From Candidatus Thorarchaeota archaeon (GTDB taxonomy: Archaea; Asgardarchaeota; Thorarchaeia; Thorarchaeales; Thorarchaeaceae), in contig CAVSBO010000003.1 in NCBI GenBank assembly GCA_963726195.1, forward strand, positions 704,001-768,000: DNA of 64,000 bases, given 5' to 3'. The notes below the pieces were generated by a model. That model saw only the letters and a program-made list of their open reading frames with translations. It did no database searches and was not told the DNA's origin. The position numbers and the translations under genes were made by a program. Positions 1 to 10,839 of this stretch are shown here, piece after piece. Numbering within the stretch: position 1 is the stretch's first letter; each line of letters opens with the position of its first letter.

Positions 1-720
1 CCGATTCTGGCAAACACGTAGGTCTGGTTCAACAAAGAGGAGCCCGAGATGACGTTATACATGAAGTTGACAGTTGCAGAATAGATGGCCCGTCGGGGAA
101 CCTCAACTTGCTGACTCAGGTAGATCTTATCGTTCGCGGTCAGAACGTTGGCAGAAGACCATATAGCCTCAAATTCCCAGCCCATGGCACTGGAGTCGCC
201 ATAGCCGGTGCCAGTGCCCCAGTCGTTCATCTCGAATATGCCGTGATGCGGGTGCAGGGCTCTGCCTGAACCAACACCATATTCTGACTTCACAAGAGTC
301 CAGGAATCGGGCTGGATGACTTCCTCACTATCGTAGCTCATCCCGAGCCAGAGTTCGCTATGGTATGCGTCTGAGCTTGCCGTTATTCAGCGCGTCACTC
401 GACCACATAGACATAGAGTTGATATCAGATCGGACATAGGTCCCGGTCCATCCTGAAGGGACAGTCATCTTGGCGTAACCGGTGGTTGCAGAGTCAATCA
501 CCAATGGGCCAGCCGAAGTGTTCGTGACAAGTCCTTTGAGGGTAGCAGTCCTTGCGGCACCTGTGCCAGTATACGCTGGTTGCCCAGCGGCATCGAGAGT
601 CTGGTTCACCAGCTCAGACTCAGATTGAGCATTGAGTGCAACGGGAGTTCCTGCAAAATCCACACCGGTAAAAAGCAACAACACCGTCAAGACTACAATA
701 GAGGTGCTAATTCTCTTCAC
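1..720 (-). CDS. Large secreted/surface protein, 5' part (runs off the window); single-base frameshift near 370
   Basis: Signal peptide MKRISTSIVVLTVLLLFTG. Removing one base near 370 continues the frame (DAYHSELWLGMSYDSEEVIQPDSWTLVK...) without a stop to position 1. Confidence 0.7.
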
Positions 721-1176
721 TAAAGACTGCCTCCAGTATCGTTCCCAACGTCCGATGAATACGTGATAGCTATCAGACGGCCAGACTGGCCTACTCCAGA
801 ATGACCTTAGCTGTTGGGTTTTCTATAATAAGCAATTCGGTACAAAGCCATTCGATTCGTCGCAAGGCCGTTCTTTTTTTCGGCCGTCTGAAGCAATCAG
901 TCAAGATCATCCTCTTGTAGGCCAGTGACCGCAAATCCACCAAGTGACATGCTCCACGGCAATCCGATTCTGATGGCATGCCTCAATGCTTCTCCTGCAG
1001 AATTGTTGACGACGCAACGCATACGGCAGACTACCCGTTCATTTTACACTCTGGCCGACAGGCTCAAAGTGTTGGAAATCGGAGCCCCAGTGCTTCAGTG
1101 CTGCACCCAACTCACTAGCCCAAGTGCCCGCTGAGTAGCAGGCAAGACCTCAACGCAACGGTTTCTACGACAACAA

Positions 1177-1876
1177 TCATGAAAGAGAGTTGAGATAGTC
1201 GAGATATCCAGTAAACCGATAGCCCAGTCGATCCCTCATATCCTCGAGCATCTTGAAGACCTTGTTCGACCTGAGATCTAACGGATGGACACCCAGACTG
1301 TACTGCACCGCCCAGCTCAAGTTCCACTATTGAGTCAACGAACGATGTGCGAGCGGAGCCCTCACTGACAAGATACTGAGCCGTTGTGAAAACCCTTGGT
1401 TCAGCAAATGAGTAGAGCCTGTTGCCGACAACGCAATACCTGAAACCAACAATTCTCGCCGCGTCGACAATCCTCAATGGTGCCTGCCACAGGGGAGGAA
1501 TGAACCCCGTGGGCTTCTGCCCAAGCGTCTTCTCCACATCACTGAAACCAGACCTTAGCCTGGCAACCGCGCGGTCTTGTACCATTCTACTGAACTCGTC
1601 ACCGCCGCCAGATTTCGAGAGATGGGAATACCCGTGCAACGAGATTTCAAGACCAAGGGACTGTAAGTACTTGCAGAATAACTCGCTTTTCTCAAGACTG
1701 TTCGACATCTTCATTCCATAGAAGGGTGTAACAAGCAGAGTAAAGCTCTCAATGCCTATGTCAGTGAACCTATCGACCGTCTTCACAACATCGTCTTCAA
1801 AGGCAGGACTCACATCGTGGAGCGACAACAGGGCAGTCTTGTCGCTCACACTCTCTTCTGTCTTTGACTGCTGCAC
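1177..1876 (-). CDS. Polysaccharide deacetylase-like protein (DUF2334/NodB-like), frameshift near 1285
   Basis: SLHDVSP, LHGYSH and FIPPLW motifs. The shifted frame restores the C-terminal GVHPLD motif and ends at a TGA at 1177-1179. Confidence 0.7.
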
Positions 1877-1953
1877 TGGGCTCTATCTCCTTCTCGAGGG
1901 TCACGGAACCACCTTGGCTATTAGGCATAACGAAGGTGCTAATCTGAGAACAC

Positions 1954-2190
1954 TCACTTCGGCTTTGTCCATTGCTTGTAAGCTAAGTCGATGTCCTTAT
2001 CGGTTATTGTCTTTCGACCTGTGTGCTCTGTCAACTCGAAGGCGCGTCTTGCAAGGAATTCGCCAACTTCCTCCAAGATTGCCGCAAGCCTCTCTGAACC
2101 CTTGTCACTTACTCGTCCAGCGCCTGCCTTTCGTATGAGACGGTCTACTGGTGCAACTGGGATTATCCGGTCCTTTCTGGATCTCGGCAA
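1954..2190 (-). CDS. Archaeal nucleosomal histone (HMf-like)
   Basis: IPVAPVDRLIRKAGAGRVS...HTGRKTITDKDIDLA histone fold. Likely TTG start at 2190, after a GAGGAG RBS. Confidence 0.93.
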   Translation of the reverse strand: MPRSRKDRIIPVAPVDRLIRKAGAGRVSDKGSERLAAILEEVGEFLARRAFELTEHTGRKTITDKDIDLAYKQWTKPK

Positions 2191-2344
2191 AGTGCTCTCG
2201 CTCCTCAGACTGCCCGAAGCAGTCCGCATAAACTCGTATTCCCTCATAGCACTATTAAAGACATTGGTATTCAAGATGAAACGGTCAAGGACTCCGATTC
2301 GGTCTACTATGATAGGAACACACCAATCTCGTGCAAAGAGCTAG

Positions 2345-3532
2345 TCACTCAATCGACCTCAAGATAATGACCTTTGCCTGAGAGACCTCTTGGTTCAGTA
2401 AGCTCAAATCCATGTTGCCTTCCAGCGCATTCACTTGATCGATAACGGCTCTCACTACTGGATACTTGGGTGGAAGAGTACAGCAAGGCAAGTTCTCCTT
2501 CGCGAATTCGTAAGTGCCAATCTGCATTCCAAAGTGCTCGATGTCGACCTTGTCATCGCCGATGCACGGTCTCAGAATCGGAAAGTCACATACCGCGCTG
2601 CTTGTCGCTCTGAGGTTCCTGCTGGTTTGGGATGCCTGTTCGCCGATTATCTCACCCGTGACAATGGCATCTGCGTTCTCTAGAATTGCTATCTCACGCC
2701 CAAGACGAAACATGTTCCTCTTGCAGTACAGACAGGTCATGCGTTGTGGCACATGTTCAACGATATCCGTCAGATCCAGCCCGTGCGGAACAATGTACAT
2801 CTTCACTTCGTAGTCGTAGATGTACTGAGCCAATAGAGTAGCCTGTTTCACTGCAACACTGGCACAGGCCTCATTCGCGTATGGCATGTCATCAAACGTG
2901 ACAAAGACCGGTATGCATCCCCTCTTCATAGCCTTGTACGCCGCAATAGGAGAGTCGAGGCCGCTTGAAATCAAGCAAACAACGGTACCCTGCGAACCGG
3001 AAGGCATTCCTCCGACACCCTTGACAACCTGCGTGAAAAAGTAGGCCTTGTCACTTCGCACTTCGACGTATACATATTGGTCAGGTGAATCGAGATTAAC
3101 GCTCAACTCAAGCTCTGGCAACTCATCCATAATGCGAGCGCCTAGCTGCTCCCTGATTTCCTGACTCGTGTAAGTGTGCGAACCCAGTCTACTGGCTCGA
3201 ACAGCGAAGCTCTTCGCCTTGCCGAAATCTCTGCGGGCCATCGCAAGTCCCGTGTCAAGAATCACGTCTAATGCAGATTCTGTCACAATGACTGGAGACA
3301 CAGACACAATGCCGAAAACGCGCGAAGCAACGCTGGCCGCATTTGCAGCGTCGTGTGTTTCGATGAAAACACGGCCAAACTCAGTTCGTATTCTATCGAA
3401 AGGAACTCCCTTTTCCTTCAGCGCTGTCCCCACGTGCTTGACAAGCAAATCAACCATGCGCTTTCTGGTTTGCCTTGACTTGATGCCAATCTCTCCATAT
3501 CTGAGCAAGACAGCCGAGTACTCTGGTTCCAT
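2345..3532 (-). CDS. thiI: tRNA 4-thiouridine(8) synthase ThiI (THUMP + PP-loop)
   Basis: RYGEIGIKS N-terminus, THUMP region, SSGLDS PP-loop, GEIIGEQASQT, and CxxC plus C-terminal Cys as in archaeal Fe-S type ThiI. Confidence 0.93.
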   Translation of the reverse strand: MEPEYSAVLLRYGEIGIKSRQTRKRMVDLLVKHVGTALKEKGVPFDRIRTEFGRVFIETHDAANAASVASRVFGIVSVSPVIVTESALDVILDTGLAMARRDFGKAKSFAVRASRLGSHTYTSQEIREQLGARIMDELPELELSVNLDSPDQYVYVEVRSDKAYFFTQVVKGVGGMPSGSQGTVVCLISSGLDSPIAAYKAMKRGCIPVFVTFDDMPYANEACASVAVKQATLLAQYIYDYEVKMYIVPHGLDLTDIVEHVPQRMTCLYCKRNMFRLGREIAILENADAIVTGEIIGEQASQTSRNLRATSSAVCDFPILRPCIGDDKVDIEHFGMQIGTYEFAKENLPCCTLPPKYPVVRAVIDQVNALEGNMDLSLLNQEVSQAKVIILRSIE

Positions 3533-3549
3533 TTAGGGCGACTCCGCGG

Positions 3550-5284
3550 TTACTTGTGAGCAAATGCAGCCCTTATTGAGGGACTGACCTCATATATCCG
3601 GGTGAATCCGACACGTTCGAACTGAACGAACGTGCCAGCAGCTACCCCGGCAACCGAGGGTTCTGCAAGACCCGTGGTTTTGCTGCCATCCGTCCATGTC
3701 ATTTCTACACTGATACAGCCTTCCTTTGGTACCCAGTGAATGATAGGAGCATTCACCTCTCTTGCCTTCTCCACCTCACGACTCTGGTAGGTCGCTCCGG
3801 AGGCCGTACCTTTCTTCATCGTGAAATTGGCGAAGTCCTTCATCCGGAAAAGCTGGCCGTCTTCGAGCCGCTGATAGTCAGCCTCATCTATACCAATAGT
3901 AAGCTTGGTACCCTTGCGGCCCAGCGGAATGTGCCTGCTTCCGCGTTCGGGAAAGTCTGGGTGAATAGGTGCATCCGCCTCTCGAATCTCAGCAGGAACA
4001 CGAGTCAGAGCCAACCAGACTGGCTTGTCCACGTAGAATAGCCTGGGGGCATCAGCATCCTTCAGCTTTCTGTTCTCCGAATATACTGCCTTCATTGATA
4101 TTGATATGTCAACCATGCTCAAGCCGAGGTCGAGCATTACTTTTCGAAGAGCCTGCGGTTCGATTCCGCGTTTCGCAAGCGATTGCATACTCCAAGTCCG
4201 AGGATCGTCCCAACCAGTGTAGGCACCCGATTTCACTTCTTTCCTAGACTTGCTCTTGCTCAGCGTCGCATCTTCGAATCTCAGCTTGCCGTAGTAGAGC
4301 AGCTCTGGATGTTTCCATCCATAAATGTTCCAGACGAACTCCTCGATTCGTCCTTCCTTGACGAGATCCTTTCCTCTTATTATGTGAGAGATGCCTAGCT
4401 CGTGATCGTCGATTCCCCACGAGAACTCCAAGAGCGGCCAGACTCTGTATCTAGTGCCGACCCTTGGGTGTGGCGCCTCGGATATCCTGAGAATCACATG
4501 GTCTCTGAGCGCGGGGTCGGGCATGTCCATGCCTGTCTTTAGTCGAACCGCGGCGGCCTTCTCTGTGAAGGAACCATCCAGCATCTTCTCCCATCGGGAG
4601 ATATTCTCCTCCGGGTCAAGGTCGCGACATGGACACGCCTTTCCCTTAACTTTGTTCTGCTTGCGCCAGACATCAGCATCGCAAGTGCAGACATATGCAT
4701 GCGAGTTGTTGATGAGGTCAACTGCGTACCTGTAGAATCAGCTCCAATCTGTCGGACTTGTATATCGTGTCCTGATAGGAGACGTCAAGGTATTCGAGAC
4801 CCTCTCGTATGAGATCATAGGCGTCGGGCTCAAGCACCTTCTCTTCAGATCCGATAGTGTCATCGTAAACGAGAATTAGCTTGCCTTTGTACCGTTGAAC
4901 ATAGTAATCATTTAGGATGACCATTCGCGAATTCCCAATGTGGAGCGGACCCGAGGGAAAAGGGGCCATTCGCATGACCACGTTTGGCCAACTGTCAAGA
5001 TTCCGGAGATCGGGAAGTCCCTTCTGACCTTCCTTGGTTTCCGCTACCTGGCCAACCATCTCGGGAGCGATTTCTGCCAACATGGCTTGCTGTTGTCCAA
5101 GAGAAAGCTGCGCAACCTCGGTTACCGTCCTCTCCACGATGGCCTTCACTTCGGGGGCCCTTGATCGCAAGTCTGCACGAGCACCAAGTAGGGCACTCAT
5201 TACCGACTTCGCATTGGGGGTTCCATTGTACTTGATAGCATTGTCAAGCACAAACTTGCGGATCTCAAGATATAACTCACTCAA
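3550..5284 (-). CDS. gltX: Glutamyl-tRNA synthetase, archaeal type; one frameshift near 4730
   Basis: RMAPFPSGPLHIGN (HIGH), LSKS (KMSKS-like), GWDDPR and QFERVGF. Removing one G near 4730 joins the two ORFs through AYVCTC...CPCR. Confidence 0.95.
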
Positions 5285-5427
5285 CGAATAGTAACCCGGA
5301 CACGAGTCCCCGAGCCAGTCATTTAACTTCCTTGTTCAATTCAAAGGTCGGTTTGAGCTTAGAGATAGCTTTTTTTGTGCGAAGGAAGTATCGTATTGGT
5401 AAACACACTTCTACCGGATGTGGAAAT

Positions 5428-5781
5428 TTGACTCAGGAACTCAAATGCTGCCGGAAATGTGGTGGCTACTACTCCTGCACACACAAGGGCGAGTGCTGTC
5501 CAGAGTGCGAATACCTTGATCCGGACGACGAAATCTGCCTTGCTGTGCAGAAGCCAAGAAAAGCGAAGAAGGAGCGTCCGGCCCAAGAGGAGCCAGATGA
5601 GGAGACCTTTCTCTTCGAGGATGAGGAAGAAGAGGAAGAAGAGGTAGCCAGCCCTGCTGCCAAAGAAGAACCAGAAGAGCCAGAAGAGGAACCCGAAGAA
5701 GAGGAAGAGAAAGAAGAAGACCTGTTTGCAGAAGATGAAGAAGAGGAAGAGCCCGGCGAAGACGACGAAGACTACGCCTAG
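5428..5781 (+). CDS. Small Cys-rich protein with a highly acidic C-terminal tail
   Basis: CCRKC-x4-C-x5-CCPEC-x8-C followed by a Glu/Asp-rich low-complexity tail. Probable TTG start at 5428. Confidence 0.6.
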   Translation: MTQELKCCRKCGGYYSCTHKGECCPECEYLDPDDEICLAVQKPRKAKKERPAQEEPDEETFLFEDEEEEEEEVASPAAKEEPEEPEEEPEEEEEKEEDLFAEDEEEEEPGEDDEDYA

Positions 5782-8142
5782 GATGTGCCTTCTCTTTCCG
5801 AATTCTGTGCTTTTGTCGGGCGCGTTCTGAGGCCCGGGAACCAATATTGAGTACTCTGCGAGTAGCTCTTTTGGACTTTCGCAACTCCGTTGCTGACAAG
5901 TAGTTCGAGAGCGTTTCTCACCCTTTCCTCTGTCCAGCCAAGTCTGACGACGACGTCTTCAGGAGTCAAACGGCCGTCTTTCTCTGCGGCAAGACTGAGA
6001 ATCTTCTGCGGGTCGTCGGTCAGCCCCACAGGAATGAATTTCACAAGCCGCGCACCACCCTCTATTGTAGTCAGTCCCTCAATCAGCCCGTCATGCGATA
6101 AACGTCCTATAATCGAGCTCACTTCATTGATGTCTGTTGTCCAGCCCAGGGCATCCAGTTGGACCAACAGGGCAGACAGCAGCATAATTCCTCCCGACTG
6201 CTTTGATTCTTCTGCAATCTTGAGAATGTTCCTTCTAAGAGCGTCTTCCCGATCGTCTCGCTTCAGGAAATGTTTGACCATTCCTTTCTTCTTCAGTGCT
6301 TCTGAGATCCATAATTCGGGATCATATCCGAGGTCCGCCAGAAGCTCGGCTAGGGAACTACGATAAGCTGGAATGCTCAGGAGCGTTTCGCCCTGTGTCT
6401 CAAATGCGTTCCACAGTCGCGCCCGAATCTGATCGATGCGTTCAGCTCGCTCGATTAGTCGGTCGAGTTCTTTTTCAATCTCCTCTTCGCGCGTCACACG
6501 TGAGAGAATCACCGGAATGGCAGTGTCAGCTCCGGATTGGAGACTGAATTCGATGGACTTGTCTCGGTAGTTTGGAGCTGAAATGCGAGCCCTATGAGAA
6601 CCAGCCCAAAGCCGGACTCTAATGACCCCCTGCCCGCTGCCCTCCACTCTCAGATCATCCATTTCGAAGACTGCATGGCTCACGGGAGCGTCTTGTTCGT
6701 CATGAACTCGAAGGACTATCGTACAATCTGATATCTCACCTGGAATCACTTCAGCGCCGGAAGGAGGAGCCGCGTCCGCAGTGAAAGGCTGTTCTGGCAA
6801 ACCCGACAGGAGTGACTCAATCTGACCAATGGTGGGGGACTTCGTCAGGCCTTCGGCCAGCAACAGCTTTGCTCCGTCCATTATGGAAGTCCTTGTGTTC
6901 TTCAAGACAAGCAGATTGTGTTTCTCTGAGAAGTCGCGGATTGCCTTCTTCAGAGTCACATCCTTGGTAACACGTTCTTGGCACCAGACCGCAAGTTGCG
7001 CCATCTCATCCGACGCAGGAACCAATGAATCCGTGAAATCCTTCCGGCGGCCGAGTTTCTGAACATCCGAAACCAGCACTGAAGGAGGATAGACAATGAT
7101 GTCAAGCCGCCCCTTGGTTGACAGACCGAAGACAACAACAGGAACAAAGAGTCGAACACCATCTTCGGGCAGGTCTGGCGCGATAGACACCTCTATGGCG
7201 TCGATGTTTTTTCTGCAGGCCGATATTAGTTCACGAGCTGCCTCGAGTTCAGACTGGACAGAATTCATCCTTTCACTGAACTCCTTCGTGAGCGTCTCCG
7301 AATCCATGAGCACCTGCTCTCTTCTCTGTAGATCTCTCTCGAGGGCACTTTGGCGAGCTTTGAGCAGTTCTCTCGTTTCAATCTCCTTGGGTCCATGCCT
7401 CTCAGACCGCGGCAACTCCTTAATCTTGGATTCAACTCCCGAGATATCCTGCCGTAGCGCAGATATTCTGAGGTCGAGCCGGCCAAGAGTCTGCGAGTAG
7501 TTGCTTTCTAGAACTCCCAAAATGCTCTGAGTCTTCGTCCTCAGGGCATCAACCAGCCAAGGGAGTTCCTTCTCCGCTCGATGAGTAAGCCCGATCAACT
7601 TCCTCACAGCAGTCTGAGCGGAACTCGAGTCTGACGTGTCAATCGTTGATGGAAATACCATCGAGTAGGCTTCTGCGTGTTCCTTCAGTGGCCATGTGAG
7701 TATGTGTGCCAAGCTTGTTGCTACAGGATTTGATACAACTCCCCTGAGAACGACTTCCTCGGTCCCGGTAATCACGCTTGCGACAGCTCCGACCTCTTCG
7801 ACAGACTGCAAGCAACTGCGAATCTGTTTGGGCACCTTGGATCTTCTCTATTAGTTGGTTCAAGTCAAAGTCCTGCAAAACAGGAGTAGAAACGGAAGTA
7901 AGACCCAACAACTCCATGAAGAAACAGCTGCTGGTGAACCCAGTGGGTATGACGAGGAATTCTAGATACGCCTTCAGGGCAAACTCCAAGTCTCGGCCGC
8001 CTCGGGCCTCAATGGTTCTCAGAATGAGGTCTGCCAGAACGTACTCCTCTGGGACTGGCTTCTGGACAGGAGGGCCACTTACCATCTGAATATTACTCAC
8101 GGCAGTGACCGGGACAATCGTACGTTGATGGTGGTGGTCCAT
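5778..8142 (-). CDS. Multidomain coiled-coil protein with a PEGA/Ig-like domain and a C-terminal EAP30/Vps22-Vps36 (ESCRT-II) winged-helix domain; frameshift near 7800
   Basis: The C-terminus SGGIMLL...LVKFIPVGLTDDPQKILSLAAEKDGRLT...LGWTEERVRNALELLVSNGVA...YWFPGL parallels the SNF8/Vps22 C-terminus. ORFs 7639-8142 and 5778-7835 join with one indel. Confidence 0.8.
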
Positions 8143-8277
8143 TATGGTCCCTTGATTCTAGAATGAGTGGCAATGCTTTTCATTCTTTCTCGATGATGAT
8201 TGGATGGCTAACCACGAACATTCATGAAGCATGTTCTGGGGGCAAGCACGAGCCTAGGCGTGAGGCCATCCGATGAA

Positions 8278-8694
8278 ATGAGAAAGGACAACGAAATCCT
8301 CGACCCGTATTGCAGGTTCTGCGGCAGATACAAGGGAGTCGGCCCCTGCAAGTACCCCGATTGCCCTGGATTCAAAACGTCCAATGAAGAACAGCGTGAA
8401 AGAGTCCCTGTGGAACAAGAGAGGGGTCACGAGGAATCCGCCGGGAAGCCAGAGACATGCTGCATGTGCAACGAACCTAAGTCAGTCCTCTGCAGCGTAT
8501 GCGGTCGTGTCTATTGCAGTCACCATAGTAGTGGACGTTTGGAGGTCACCGTGACTGGTCCTGACCACCACATTGGTACTTGTATCAACTGCGGGCGGCT
8601 CGTGTGTGAACACTGCTGGATTCTCGACAATTTCGGCAGGATTACCTGCATCAAGCATCTGGAAGAACGAAACGTCCACGGTTCGCCTGGCTGA
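8278..8694 (+). CDS. Multi-zinc-finger protein (AN1/B-box-like)
   Basis: CxxC...CxxxxC, CxxC-x7-CxxC-x4-CxxH and CxxC-x4-CxxC-x10-CxxH motifs. Start is uncertain (8224 or 8278). Confidence 0.65.
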   Translation: MRKDNEILDPYCRFCGRYKGVGPCKYPDCPGFKTSNEEQRERVPVEQERGHEESAGKPETCCMCNEPKSVLCSVCGRVYCSHHSSGRLEVTVTGPDHHIGTCINCGRLVCEHCWILDNFGRITCIKHLEERNVHGSPG

Positions 8695-8783
8695 CCTCGT
8701 CAATGCCCTTCGGGCTGGTTGAAGAGAGAACATCGCAGTCAAACATTTATCCTAAAGGTTGCGAGGATATCTCAGTGCAATGC

Positions 8784-9893
8784 ATGCCGCAAGCAGTCTT
8801 TGTTGTCCACCTGGACGACTATTACGGTATTGTCGTCGTCAAGAAGTATCCTCCCTCCTTGTCACTGTACGAAAAGACTCTGAGTTCGATATTCTATGAG
8901 CACGAGAAAGAAGAGAAGGAGAACCTCAGATACAATGAGGTTGACAACCTCCGTGTGATCTCATTCGTTGACAAGTCACATCCCCAGTGGATGGCGTGTT
9001 TCGTTTTGAGCGACGAAGAAAACTTCGAAGGACTAAAGGCCGAGATACCGGGTATGGGACGGCTGATGATCGAGCTCGCCGTTGACAACCCAAAGATCGT
9101 TCGCCTCGAGGAGATACTAAAGAATCATAGCATCTTGGAGGAACCAAACGAGGAGCAGAAATATGCCGAGATGTTCCAAACACCATCATCATCTATGATG
9201 CTCGAGAAGATTGAAAGAGAAGGGGTCGAGAGAGCAGCAAAGCTATCGATCTGGCTCAAGACCCAAGTGCAGAGCGATTCTCTGGACCTGCGTGAATCCA
9301 TCCTGCCCCTTATGGACTCAGGAATCGTGAACGTAGAAGTTGTGGGGAAGGGAATCGAAGTTGTGTTTCTTGTTAAGGACGTGTTTGTGTACAGGGCTCC
9401 GCCCGTCAAAGCCATCATGGCCACGAGGGAATCCATGCCCGAGCTTGCCGCGAAGTATGAAGAACGCGTGGCCAAGTTCTTTGCGCCGCCTGCTCCGAAC
9501 AAAGGCTACAACCCCAGCATACCCAGTGATGACCCCAATTCGCCGCTGGTTGAAGACAGAGAGAAGATTGCCGACATCCTTTCAAAGAAGATAGGGTACA
9601 AGGTCCTGACCGCCCTTCGCGACAAACCCCTTTCAGTCAGACAGATATGTGAGAAGACTCTACTCCAAGAGGAAGTTGTTCAGAACGCATTGTACGGCCT
9701 AGAATCAGATGACGTTGCGACACAAATCGGAGAAGGAATCTGGGCATTGGTGACCAATCCAATCATGGAATCATTTATCCCTGAGTTTGTTCTGCAGCTC
9801 ATAGCAAATAAGCTCTCCAACGATCAGATTAGCCCAGAGATAGCCAGAAGACATCTTGAGATACTTGCCAAGAAGTGGAGTGTCGAGCAATGA
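8784..9893 (+). CDS. Longin/uDENN-like N-terminal domain protein with C-terminal winged-helix domains
   Basis: N-terminal AVFVVHLDDYYGIVVVKKYP resembles the start of uDENN/longin domains. There is an ArsR-like wHTH (VLTALRDKPLSVRQICEKT...VQNALYGLE). The stop overlaps the next ATG (ATGA). Confidence 0.6.
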   Translation: MPQAVFVVHLDDYYGIVVVKKYPPSLSLYEKTLSSIFYEHEKEEKENLRYNEVDNLRVISFVDKSHPQWMACFVLSDEENFEGLKAEIPGMGRLMIELAVDNPKIVRLEEILKNHSILEEPNEEQKYAEMFQTPSSSMMLEKIEREGVERAAKLSIWLKTQVQSDSLDLRESILPLMDSGIVNVEVVGKGIEVVFLVKDVFVYRAPPVKAIMATRESMPELAAKYEERVAKFFAPPAPNKGYNPSIPSDDPNSPLVEDREKIADILSKKIGYKVLTALRDKPLSVRQICEKTLLQEEVVQNALYGLESDDVATQIGEGIWALVTNPIMESFIPEFVLQLIANKLSNDQISPEIARRHLEILAKKWSVEQ

Positions 9894-10747
9894 TTAGAAG
9901 CCTCTACATACTCGGACAACAGAGCAATGTCATATACTCGAAAGAATACGTCAGCAGTGAATCGAGACAGGACATGGTTGAGTTCTTGGTGAATCTGGGT
10001 CATTTTGTCTCAACAGTCAATCTTGAAGGAAAGACAGAGTACATGAGTTTCTCAGCAACAAGGATATTCTACGCTGCTCGGCGCGAGTTCGTATTCATAT
10101 TCGTTGCTGACAAGTCTGATGATTCAACTCAGATAGAGGAGAAGATGAACCAATTAATGGAAACGTTCATGAAGGACTTTCCCGCCATGGCGCAAGCCAG
10201 CCTTCCCCTAGATGGCTTTGACTCGAAGGTCGACGAGATCGCAGTGACAACTGTGAAGGTAGCAATACTCGGATACTCGGGTGTTGGCAAGACCACGGCC
10301 CTGCATTTGCTGAGGGGAGAAACGCTTCCTCTGGTTCACATTCCGACGATGGCTTATGACATAAAGAAGCTTCCAGATGAGGTCCAAAGTGCGAACATAG
10401 TGCTCTGGGACCTCGCCGGTCAGTCTGGGTACGACAAGCTTTGGAGCAAGTATCTCGTGAAAGCCCAGATTGTTATCATCGTAACCGACAGCAGCCTCGA
10501 GAATGTGCTGCGAAGCAAGAAGCTGGTCTCATTAGTCAAACAGGAGGTTCCAGAGGCAAGGGTTATTGGCATTGCGAACAAGCAGGACCTCCCCACAGCT
10601 CTAACACCTGAAAGGGTTAGTCAGATTCTTGGAATTCCTACGTATGAGCTTGTTGCGATAGACATTTCCTACAGAGACCGCTTAATCCAGATTATCCGTA
10701 GGGCCATCCTCGAAGAAAGGGCCGAAGCTAATCCAGCACCCGCGTAG
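9890..10747 (+). CDS. Longin domain fused to an Arf-like small GTPase
   Basis: G1 GYSGVGKT, G2 PT, G3 WDLAGQ and G4 NKQD. The N-terminal ~120 aa (MIRSLYILGQQSNVIYSKEY...FVFIFVADKSD) resembles sigma-adaptin/SRX/sedlin longin domains. Confidence 0.88.
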   Translation: MIRSLYILGQQSNVIYSKEYVSSESRQDMVEFLVNLGHFVSTVNLEGKTEYMSFSATRIFYAARREFVFIFVADKSDDSTQIEEKMNQLMETFMKDFPAMAQASLPLDGFDSKVDEIAVTTVKVAILGYSGVGKTTALHLLRGETLPLVHIPTMAYDIKKLPDEVQSANIVLWDLAGQSGYDKLWSKYLVKAQIVIIVTDSSLENVLRSKKLVSLVKQEVPEARVIGIANKQDLPTALTPERVSQILGIPTYELVAIDISYRDRLIQIIRRAILEERAEANPAPA

Positions 10748-10839
10748 GTTCAAGCACCGACGAAGGTGTTGATGACGACAAAGGTTAAGAACGACGTTCA
10801 TGATTTCCAATAATAGAGGCTGTCCGTAGGTGAGCACAA

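Noticed and set aside
791-1134. Short ORFs 791-979 and 925-1134
   Set aside because: No recognisable motif or RBS; probably intergenic/promoter sequence.
4539-4721. 60-aa ORF between the gltX halves
   Set aside because: Wrong-frame product. One indel near 4730 joins the two real gltX parts through a different frame.
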